A stretch of DNA of 43,027 nucleotides, taken from contig JAUYJY010000058.1 in NCBI GenBank assembly GCA_030699205.1, positions 1 through 43,027 of the forward strand, read 5' to 3'. The DNA comes from Candidatus Pacearchaeota archaeon. Its GTDB lineage: Archaea > Nanobdellota > Nanobdellia > Pacearchaeales > GW2011-AR1. The notes beneath the pieces were generated by a model. The model was not told the origin of the DNA. It ran no database searches and saw only the letters and a program-made list of their open reading frames with translations. Position numbers and translations under genes: made by a program. Below, piece after piece: positions 27,743 to 36,400 of the stretch. The number at the start of each line of letters is the position of its first letter. Position 1 is the first letter of the stretch.

Positions 27743-27785
27743 TTTAAATAGTATAATCGTAATTATACTAATCGTAATTATACAA
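27743..27785 (+). promoter_or_regulatory. TATA box and tandem 15-bp operator-like repeat
   Basis: tttaaata 27743-27750; taatcgtaattatac at 27754-27768 and 27769-27783. Confidence 0.6.
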
Positions 27786-29108
27786 ATGGAATTCAAAGAC
27801 AGGAAAAACGAATTAAAAGAAATAAAAAGTATTTTAGATAGTAAGAACTTTGAATTTTTGATAATATATGGCAGAAGAAGAATAGGAAAAACAGAGTTGA
27901 TATTAGAATCAACAAAAAATAAAAAAAGAATTTATTATTTAGCAACAACAGAAAAGAACGCAGAAAGATTTTACAATGTATGCTTAGAATATAGTAAAGA
28001 TGTTGGAAAATTAAAACAAGATATTGAAATAATAATAGATTATTTAAAAGACAAGACAGAAGTTATAATAATTGATGAATTTCAAAATTTAATAAAAGAA
28101 AATGGCAATATTTTAAACATCTTCCAAAGCCTAATTGATACAAAATTAAAACACACTAAATTAAAATTAATATTGCTTGGTTCATCAGTTTCAATAATAA
28201 CGTCCAAGGTATTAAGCTATAAAAGTCCTTTGTACGGGCGAAGAACAGCATCTTTTAAATTAAAACCTATAAACTTCTTCGACTTAAAAGAATTCTTTCC
28301 AAATAAATCCTTGCAAGAGTTAATTGAAATATATGGTTTTTCAGATGGAATTCCATACTATATAATAAAGATTAATGAAAAAGAAAACTTTTGGAAATGG
28401 TTTGAAAATGAAATTAAACAAGAAAGAAGTTTTTTAAGAGACGAAATAGACTTTATAATGCGATACGAATTCGATAACCCGAGTACTTATAAAATAATTT
28501 TGGAAGCAATCGCAAATGGAAAAAGTAAATTGAATGAAATAAGGCAATATACCAAATTAGAAAGAACAGATATTAGTCCTTATATAAAAAATCTTTTAGA
28601 CGTTGATTTAATTAAAAGAGAAGTTCCTCTAACAGAGAACTTAAAATCAAGAAATGGAAGATACTTTATAAGTGATAACTTTTTATCATTCTGGTTTAGG
28701 TTTATTTATCCAAATTCAAGCAGTATAGAATCCGGATTATTCAAAATTGAAAGAATAAAAGAGAAATATGCAGAATACATTGGCAAGATATTCGAGAAAG
28801 TTGTATTGCAGTATATAATAAAAAATAAAATAATTGAAGCAGATAAAATAGGAAGGTGGTGGTTTAAAGATAAAGAAATAGATTTAATAGCATTAAATGA
28901 GAAAAATAAAGAGGCAACTTTTATAGAGTGTAAATGGAAAGAAGGTATAAATCCAATAAGCCTGCTTCATGATCTTAAAGAAAAGGCTATTCATTTCGAA
29001 TGGCATAATAACAAAAGAAAAGAAAAATACTTTCTTTTTGCTAAATCTTTTAGTAAAGAAATAGAAGATAAAGATGTAACTTTAATCGAGATTAAAGACA
29101 TGCAATAA
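27786..29108 (+). CDS. Archaeal P-loop ATPase with wHTH and C-terminal PD-(D/E)xK-like domain (DUF234 type)
   Basis: YGRRRIGKT, IIIDEFQ, SPLYGRRT, EIDLIA...FIECKW. Confidence 0.9.
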   Translation: MEFKDRKNELKEIKSILDSKNFEFLIIYGRRRIGKTELILESTKNKKRIYYLATTEKNAERFYNVCLEYSKDVGKLKQDIEIIIDYLKDKTEVIIIDEFQNLIKENGNILNIFQSLIDTKLKHTKLKLILLGSSVSIITSKVLSYKSPLYGRRTASFKLKPINFFDLKEFFPNKSLQELIEIYGFSDGIPYYIIKINEKENFWKWFENEIKQERSFLRDEIDFIMRYEFDNPSTYKIILEAIANGKSKLNEIRQYTKLERTDISPYIKNLLDVDLIKREVPLTENLKSRNGRYFISDNFLSFWFRFIYPNSSSIESGLFKIERIKEKYAEYIGKIFEKVVLQYIIKNKIIEADKIGRWWFKDKEIDLIALNEKNKEATFIECKWKEGINPISLLHDLKEKAIHFEWHNNKRKEKYFLFAKSFSKEIEDKDVTLIEIKDMQ

Positions 29109-29113
29109 AGTAA

Positions 29114-29208
29114 TATAGTGCAACAACTTAGTTCTTCGGTTCTTTTTTGTTGTTGCACTATTAGCGGAGCAACTAAAAGCAACCGAAAGATTTAGTTGGT
29201 CTGCTATA
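29114..29208 (+). mobile_element. 95-bp sequence-divergent variant of the twin-hairpin element
   Basis: Same frame tatagt...actattagcgga...tctgctata with different stems atagtgcaacaac/gttgttgcactat and caactaaa/tttagttg. Confidence 0.8.
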
Positions 29209-29225
29209 TATATTTTATCAAATCA

Positions 29226-29362
29226 CAATCAAAAACGCGAACGAAACAACAGAAGAAATTATCAAAAAAATTTGCGTAAAACCAAATTATAATTTAAGAC
29301 ACCAACTCTTTTTTGCATATGTTAAATAAAGATTTATTGTTTGTAAATATTAGTGGAATTAA
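29226..29362 (-). repeat. Degenerate copy 2 of the 698-aa gene promoter and signal-peptide segment
   Basis: caatcaaaaacgcgaacgaaacaacagaa...tttgcgtaaaaccaa...ttttgcatat...ttattgtttgtaaatattag aligns to 26387-26527; frameshifted. Confidence 0.8.
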
Positions 29363-29412
29363 GCCATTTCCCTTATAAGAATGTTTATAAGTTAAATTCT
29401 CTATTATTAAAA

Positions 29413-29775
29413 ATGGAAAAAGAATATAAATTATGGATGAAAAAGGCAGAAGAAGATTTAGACACGGCAAAGTATAATTTTGAAGGAAAAAAATTTTCGG
29501 CAAGCTTATTTTTTTCGCAACAAGCAGCCGAAAAGGCACTCAAAGCTTTTAACATAAAAATAAATAAAGAGTTAATTAAAACACATGATTTGTCTCTTCT
29601 TGCAAGAAAAGTAAATGCCCCTGTGGAAATAGAAAATTTGTGCAAATCCCTTAGTCCCGCATACCAATCAACGAGATACCCCGATATAATTCAGAAAAAT
29701 GACATGAAAGATGAGGCAAAAGAACTGCTCAAATCAGCGGAGGAAATTGTAGAATGGGCAAAAAAGAAATTATAA
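29413..29775 (+). CDS. HEPN domain protein
   Basis: AEEDLDTAK, QQAAEKALKA, KTHDL, TRYPD; ATG 29413 preferred over the upstream GTG. Confidence 0.9.
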   Translation: MEKEYKLWMKKAEEDLDTAKYNFEGKKFSASLFFSQQAAEKALKAFNIKINKELIKTHDLSLLARKVNAPVEIENLCKSLSPAYQSTRYPDIIQKNDMKDEAKELLKSAEEIVEWAKKKL

Positions 29776-30071
29776 GAATGATTAATGGCTTTATAAAAAA
29801 AGCACAAAAAGAAATTGCAATAAATAAAGTAATATTATTTGGAAGCCAAGCATCTAATACAACGCATAAAGACAGCGATATAGACTTAATAATAGTATCT
29901 CCAGATTTTGAGAGTATGAGTGCTATTCAACGTGCCGCAAAACTATACAACTATTGGGAAGCCCTGTATCCTGTGGATTTTATTTGTTACACTCCAAAGG
30001 AATTTAATATTCTAAAAAGAAGAATTACCATTGTAAAAGAAGCTCTTTCCAAAGGAATTATTGTAGTCTGA
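29754..30071 (+). CDS. Nucleotidyltransferase domain protein (MNT partner)
   Basis: ILFGSQAS...DSDIDLIIVSPDF, PVDFICYTPKEF. Confidence 0.9.
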   Translation: MGKKEIIRMINGFIKKAQKEIAINKVILFGSQASNTTHKDSDIDLIIVSPDFESMSAIQRAAKLYNYWEALYPVDFICYTPKEFNILKRRITIVKEALSKGIIVV

Positions 30072-30076
30072 ATTTT

Positions 30077-30175
30077 TTATCCAATCAAAAACGCAAAAGA
30101 AACAACAGAAAAAACAATTAAAAATATCTGCCCGAAAACTAAATTATAATTAAAAACCTTTCCTCTCTTTTGCAT
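30077..30175 (-). CDS. Signal-peptide-only micro-ORF (32 aa), copy 1 of the 698-aa gene 5' end
   Basis: Hand translation MQKRGKVFNYNLVFGQIFLIVFSVVSFAFLIG*; 30158-30208 is identical to 26475-26525 including the TATA box. Confidence 0.55.
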   Translation of the reverse strand: MQKRGKVFNYNLVFGQIFLIVFSVVSFAFLIG

Positions 30176-30221
30176 ATAAAAGATAACAACTTATTGTTTA
30201 TAAATATTGGTGGAAATTAAA

Positions 30222-30692
30222 TTAATTTCCATCTCCTTGTTTAGAAAGATAACCATGTAAATAACCACTGATATACTTTTTAATCATCTTGTCCCTTTCA
30301 TCATCTTTTTTGATATGCTTATATCTCTCTCTAGCATTTTCCATAGCTCTCATTAATACTTTCCGAGGAATATTGTTTTCTCTTAAAATTTCAAAAATCT
30401 CCTTCCCACTATTTTGAGTATAACTTCCATTTTCTTGCCCTGTATAAACATTAACTTCACTCCTCCCAACATCAGCAATCACAGCTCTATTTATTGCACT
30501 CCCAAGAAGCGACGCAGCAGGGCTCCCTTTACTGGCCCCCAATCCTCCAATACCAGAACCAAGAAGAAGTCCTCCGACCTGTGAATCTGTCATTCCACAT
30601 CCAGAAGTCAAAGAACCAGCCACAAGAACCAATCCAGCCAATCCACCTTTGACGGCTCTCCCCAAACCACTTTTCTGTGAATCAGAAACCAT
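30222..30692 (-). CDS. Putative lipoprotein with glycine-zipper segment and basic C-terminus
   Basis: GLVLVAGSLTSGC lipobox-like; GGLLLGSGIGGLGA. Confidence 0.7.
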   Translation of the reverse strand: MVSDSQKSGLGRAVKGGLAGLVLVAGSLTSGCGMTDSQVGGLLLGSGIGGLGASKGSPAASLLGSAINRAVIADVGRSEVNVYTGQENGSYTQNSGKEIFEILRENNIPRKVLMRAMENARERYKHIKKDDERDKMIKKYISGYLHGYLSKQGDGN

Positions 30693-30823
30693 ATTCTTTC
30701 AAGATCAAATCTCTATTTAAACTTTCTGTAGTTTTAGGCTTTGCATGAGATTCGGGTGTTTTCATAGAAAATAACGGGAAATAAAATTCTTCTCTGCTCT
30801 TTTTATATTCACTTTTCTCATAA

Positions 30824-30916
30824 TATAGTCTAAGACATTTATAATTGAAATGTGTTTGTCTTAGACTATTAGCGGAAGAACAAAAAACTGTTCAAAATAT
30901 TTTGTCTTCTGCTATA
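30824..30916 (+). mobile_element. 93-bp TA-flanked twin-hairpin element
   Basis: Consensus with loop-1 changes ttgaaatgtg. Confidence 0.88.
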
Positions 30917-31080
30917 TTATAAATAGTGTTGGTTATTAATCAAATTTTCCATATTTTAACTCATATTTAATAATACAACCCCTAATGGTAAAATAGAACG
31001 GAAAATAATTCTAGGTGATTGATTGATTTACAGGTAGGAATAATTAAATCTCACGCAAATCCGTCGTTTTATCCCAACAA

Positions 31081-32628
31081 TCATATTTCTTCGCTTGTAA
31101 CTTTATACCCAGAATCATATCCTTGTCTTCCAAGCCAATTCAACGAAGGTCCGCAATCTCCCAATGCACTGCAAATTTCTCCCTTGTCTTTTTCCCATTC
31201 TTCTGTAAGGCATTCGCATCCCTCAACACATTCTTCTCCCCCAAACAATCCTTCTTCAAACTTTACAATGCAGACAGCATTTCCTTGTGAGCAAATTTCA
31301 AGTGTTTCTGCATCATCCCAGAAGTTAAATCCTGGAGAATTTTCAGGAAAGCAACTGCCAGTTCTCTCCGTTGTATTTGTTTGCAAGATGACCCCTTCCT
31401 TCCAGAAACAATCTCCCTTATCTTCATTTTCACAATCTCTTTGCTCTGTCTGTCCGGCACAATACTGCCATCTATTTACTTTACAAACTGCTTGCGAAAA
31501 ACCAGAAGTTTCTTCTTGGATGCATTCTTCCGCCCTAAAGTCAGAGCATTGTTCTAAAACTTCTTCTCCATTAATACAAAGATGCCTATAAAACCTGCTT
31601 CCAACCGTATTTTTGCCGTCCCCAATACTTCCAAAATCATCATTCACACACCAGCTTTCTCCATGCAAATAATCATTTCCATTCTCTGTATCTTTACAGT
31701 TTAAATCAGCACATATAAAATCTCCATAAGTCGCAGATTTACCTGCGATATTCTCTGCCCTGCAATAGCTTCCTTCCAGATAATTGCAATTTCCACAAGA
31801 ACTACTTCCAGCATTTCCACTTCCCGGACTGCAACTCTCATCTTTTGGTTTTATATTGGTCCAATATTCCGCGTCATTTACTTTACTTGCATCATAAATA
31901 TTTGCGGTATTCCCGCAAGAATCTATAAAATAAACCTCATCATTCCCTGGATTGCATGTTGTTTGCGTCGTTGGTCCGCAATTAGTCCCCAACTCTTCGG
32001 CACTGCATAATTTTCCGGAATAAAAATTTCCATCTGTAATAGTTATATTGCTTTCTCCCGTGCCTGCTTTCTGTGACCCTTCACATTCACTTCTCGTAGT
32101 AAATTCGCACGTCTTTTCAAATTCAAACTCATAAACACAAGCACCCCTCTCTTGTGTCTGCACTTTTTGTATGCACGCAAGTTCGTTCTGGACAGAAGTA
32201 TCATAATTTGTTTTTAATCCAAGAGACGCAGATAGTTTCTTGCATCTGACTAAAGAAACAAAAGCCGCCTGGTCTCCAAGAATACAGCATCCCAATGCAC
32301 ATTGAGGCGGGCTTTCTTCACTCCAAACGCCCCCATTATCATTGCAAACTAATTGGGGAGTGTTATCTAAACAAATTCCTTCAGAAGAATCATAGCAAAC
32401 CCCTGGTCTGCAATAACTTGTTGAATCACACGAAGTAGGCACTGCCCTCGCACCAGGAGCACATTCTTCGGCAGGCACATTCTGACAGGAAGCACCTGTA
32501 TTTGTCTGCTCACAACACACCGTCGCCGAACTTCCCTGTGCAAAAACAAAATCCGTATTAAAATAAAAAACTCCCCCTGATAAAACTAATAAAAACACAA
32601 TCCATATAGCAATTATTTTTCTTTTCAT
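31081..32628 (-). CDS. Exported Cys-rich protein (515 aa); paralog of the N-half of 33463-37464
   Basis: Signal MKRKIIAIWIVFLLVL from ATG 32628; shared DEVYFIDSCGN, GESWC and LGDCG blocks. Confidence 0.85.
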   Translation of the reverse strand: MKRKIIAIWIVFLLVLSGGVFYFNTDFVFAQGSSATVCCEQTNTGASCQNVPAEECAPGARAVPTSCDSTSYCRPGVCYDSSEGICLDNTPQLVCNDNGGVWSEESPPQCALGCCILGDQAAFVSLVRCKKLSASLGLKTNYDTSVQNELACIQKVQTQERGACVYEFEFEKTCEFTTRSECEGSQKAGTGESNITITDGNFYSGKLCSAEELGTNCGPTTQTTCNPGNDEVYFIDSCGNTANIYDASKVNDAEYWTNIKPKDESCSPGSGNAGSSSCGNCNYLEGSYCRAENIAGKSATYGDFICADLNCKDTENGNDYLHGESWCVNDDFGSIGDGKNTVGSRFYRHLCINGEEVLEQCSDFRAEECIQEETSGFSQAVCKVNRWQYCAGQTEQRDCENEDKGDCFWKEGVILQTNTTERTGSCFPENSPGFNFWDDAETLEICSQGNAVCIVKFEEGLFGGEECVEGCECLTEEWEKDKGEICSALGDCGPSLNWLGRQGYDSGYKVTSEEI

Positions 32629-32629
32629 T

Positions 32630-33388
32630 TTACACATACCCTTGAGGCCACACAAGGCTTCTCGAAGCAAAAGTAAACTCATCTCCTGTAATAACATTCC
32701 TTAATTTATATATTGTGTCTCCATTCCTTTTTATCTTTTCCATATTCAAATCAGGATAATAAGAAATATATAAACTCGTCTCCGCATCTCCAAAAGTGGA
32801 TTCAAACTGAATTATATTTGTTGCCAAAGAAAGCAAATCATACAATTCGGAGTTAATTGAAACAGCAAATTTACTAAACGTCTGTACTGATTCTTTTTCA
32901 ATGGTCATCGGAGAAAGAAAATTCACTGCAATTTTTCCCAATTCAATATCTACCTCAACTTGCCCTTGAGTTGTCCTCACGCTATATCCTTGGCTTTTGT
33001 ATTGCTCTTCCAAATTCTTTACACATTGTCTTGCTACTGGTTCTATTTTTCCCTTAATTTCTTCTTCCATATGTTTTACCAATAAAGGTTGTTGAACCTT
33101 GCATGGTAAATAATTTTCCGAAGTATAGCAAAGATATTGTATTTTATTATCTAAATACATCAGATAATTATCAGGCTCCAAATATCCCCCTTGCTTGCTT
33201 AAAACTGAAAGAGTATCTTTGACTTCAGATTCAATGCAACTTCTCAAATAAGAACTTGGATTTACCTCACTGCTTAAAATACTAACTCCAGGAAAGAAAA
33301 AAAGCAAGGTAATTCCGACAACTATCACTATTGCAATAATAATAAAAATAGTCACCTGCCCTCTTTTATCCATTATTATTTTACTCAT
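32630..33388 (-). CDS. Prepilin-like protein (class III signal peptide)
   Basis: DKRG|QVTIFIIIAIVIVVGI; paralog of 37470-38222 (GGY/F, YLC, PC). Confidence 0.8.
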   Translation of the reverse strand: MSKIIMDKRGQVTIFIIIAIVIVVGITLLFFFPGVSILSSEVNPSSYLRSCIESEVKDTLSVLSKQGGYLEPDNYLMYLDNKIQYLCYTSENYLPCKVQQPLLVKHMEEEIKGKIEPVARQCVKNLEEQYKSQGYSVRTTQGQVEVDIELGKIAVNFLSPMTIEKESVQTFSKFAVSINSELYDLLSLATNIIQFESTFGDAETSLYISYYPDLNMEKIKRNGDTIYKLRNVITGDEFTFASRSLVWPQGYV

Positions 33389-33462
33389 AGTTTATTTATA
33401 AATAATTGCTCTTTCCATTTTATCAATCATTTAGAAGATAATTTCTTCAAACATAGATTTTC

Positions 33463-36400
33463 TTAATATCCTCCGCTTATCGTCAGACAGCTCCCCACAT
33501 TTTCATAAATATCTCTGCACTTAATTCTATAAACTAATCCTAAATCAAATGGAGTAGTATGCAAATAGTTTTCCCCACTCATTAACTCTCCGGAATCAAA
33601 GCTGAATCCGCAATTTGTATTTGTGTATGTGCATACAGCCGGCTCATTTGTAACAATATTCAAAACATTTCCCGATGAATAAATTCTGGAAGCAATAGGT
33701 CCCTTATTGTCTACCTTAACTTCAAAATTGGCAGTTTCTAAAGCAACATTTCCAGCAGAGTCGGTGCATTTTAATTCATATTCATAATTTCCATTTGGAA
33801 GAGTCAAACCTTTTTGTAAATGCACTTCTCCCCCGGTTGGAAAGAAGCCACTATAATGTATCACATTGCTTGATTTATGCTCACAAATTGCATTATTATT
33901 CACTCCTCCGGAAGTATGTATCTCCAAATCAATAACTGCAAAAGCACTTCCGCTATAAACTATTTCATCATCTGGATAAATATAATCAATTACTAAAGGG
34001 TTTAGGGTTTTCTTTATTTGATATTCTTTTTCTTGGTCTGCTTTATTTCTATCTGTATTATTTATTCCAAGCCAAGGTTGGTCTTCACACTTAAAATAAT
34101 AACTTTCAGTTTCATTTCCCTGCACGGGAAGGTTTGCAAGACAAGACCATCCATTAATTGTGCCTTGATTTATCCCATTAGAACAAGCCGCAAGATTTTC
34201 CATTTCATCATAACCCTTATTTTCAGGACTCCACTTACACTCCGCAGGCTCATTAGTAAAGAAAGTTAAACTAAAATTTTCAGCTTCAAACCCTGCATAT
34301 CCCGGATTCTCTGGAACAAACTTGGTTATCACTGCTGGGGTTTTGTCGTCTGCAGGCTTCACACAGAATTTTATTGCATATTCAGCAGAGTTATCATTTC
34401 CCGAACTATCCTGACATCTTACAAACATATTATAGTTCTCTCTTCTGTCAGGTCCAACACCTCCAACACCCAAATCAGAGAGGGAAGGCATAGTTAAAAG
34501 AGCATCATGATTTTCTTTGTACGAATTACTCTTTCCAAAGAACATTTCCATTTCATCATATGTATTTGTATGCTCAAAACTATATTTACATTGTCCGGGT
34601 TCATCTAAACTAATTCCAAATTCTATCAGAGAAAATTCTTTAATGCAACCATCTCCCGAAACAGATTGAATTTCAGTTCCAACATTTATCACCGAATTCT
34701 TATATTCAAATCCATCAGAAATTACATCATCCCATTTATCTATCACTGGAGGAGATGTATCATTAGGATTTATATCAACGCATGTTTGTTCCGAAGTACC
34801 TTCATTTAACAACTCGCAGTTTTGTCCGAGACTATTGCATTTATATTCGGAACATCCCAAATCATCTGAATCGCATTCCTCACAGCTTTGTCCTCCCGAA
34901 GGTGGTTGCCAAGGAAGGCAAGAAAAGTCAACAGTTACTTCTCTCGTTTCTCCTCCTAATAAACTCAATATAACTGCTATAACAACAATTATAAGAATTG
35001 TCCAAAATAAGAAAGGTCCTAATGCCGCACCAAAAGATGCACCTTTCGCAACAAACGTAGTTGTTTCAAATGCTAAATATCCCATAACTGCACCGACAAC
35101 TGCCCCCGCAATAACGAGTGTATTAAGGCTTTTTCCCTCTAATCCAAATACAGTTCCTAAGATATAAGCAATCGCCGCACCCGCCGCCGCACCACCGGCT
35201 GCCGAGCCAAAAGGCCCTAAACTTTTAGGAACGCCTGCAACTACCGCTTCGCCAGCACCCGCTGCCGCACCTACACCCGAAGCAGCAGCGGTAGCAGCAC
35301 CAGAAACCGCCCCAGCGCCAGCCACCGCACCAGAAGTAATCGCAGCAATAGGTATTCCTTCAATCAAAACAAAATACATCGTCGCAACACCAATAGACCC
35401 CAAACCAATCTGTCCCATAAGTGCACCCAATTGGCTGGGATCTGCATTTACAGGGTCAATTCCAAAAATTGCAAGTATTTCTTCTCCTGAAAGTGCATCA
35501 GCACTCTGTCCGGGAATTGGAGTGGAATATTTTCTTAAGCCATTAAGGTAATCATCACTTAAACCATTTCCCCCAACCACATTATATCCATCACTGCTCA
35601 ACTCCCCATTATAATTAACAGAAGCTCCACAATCTCCTAAACTCATACATAAATTATTCATAGTTTCTGCAAATTTAGGTTCTGCACACCCACAATTAGC
35701 TACGCAATCCCAGCTTCCCAGAAACTTTTCTTCAATATATGTGCAGGTTTGACTTCCCAATGATGAACAAAGCCCTTCAGCAGAACTTTCCCTTGATTCC
35801 TTATCAAATCCTGGAGGATATTTTGGAACGCATAAATCAAATTTAAAGAATTCATCAACATCTACATGCTTCAAAAAACAATCAGTATTTTCTTCGCATT
35901 TGTTTAACTTGTTTTTATCTCCATTTGCAGCATAACAAACCTGCCACGTATTTGCTCTGCAAGATGCAGATGAAAAGTCAATTTCCTCATTTTTATTTTC
36001 AACACAAACTTTGCTTCTCACAGCAGAACAAGATTCCGTTCTAATTTCCCCATCAAAACAGGTCTGTGTATAATGTGCACTTCCCGGAGTATCAACACTC
36101 CTTTCTTCGTTGCTTCCTTGGTTCTCTCTTGCTTCCTCTTCATAATTACACCACCCTTCAAGTTCAGGGTTTTCTGCAACCATCGTCGCATTTTGACAAA
36201 CTCTATCAGAAGTTATTCTTCCATTTGAACCTGGAGGACACAACCAATTTATAAATTGATTCCCGCTTGTTCCAGTTGGATTTAAATACCTATCACAAAT
36301 ATTTCCTAAAACTCCTTCGCGGTTTGAAGAAGTTTCATCAACTCCAATCTGTCCGTCAAACCTGCACCAACTCTCTCCATTTTTTCTTGTTTCTCCTTGA

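Noticed and set aside
28991..29539. Minus-strand ORFs 28991-29182 and 29294-29539, and the GTG extension of HEPN from 29353
   Set aside because: They cross repeat elements or real genes; a TATA-like box about 25 nt before ATG 29413 supports the shorter HEPN start
26386..30220. Diversity-generating retroelement TR/VR pair
   Set aside because: Differences include indels and non-adenine changes; no reverse transcriptase in the window
11782..30916. 93-bp repeats as a CRISPR array
   Set aside because: Too long, kilobases apart, in both orientations, no regular spacers and no cas genes
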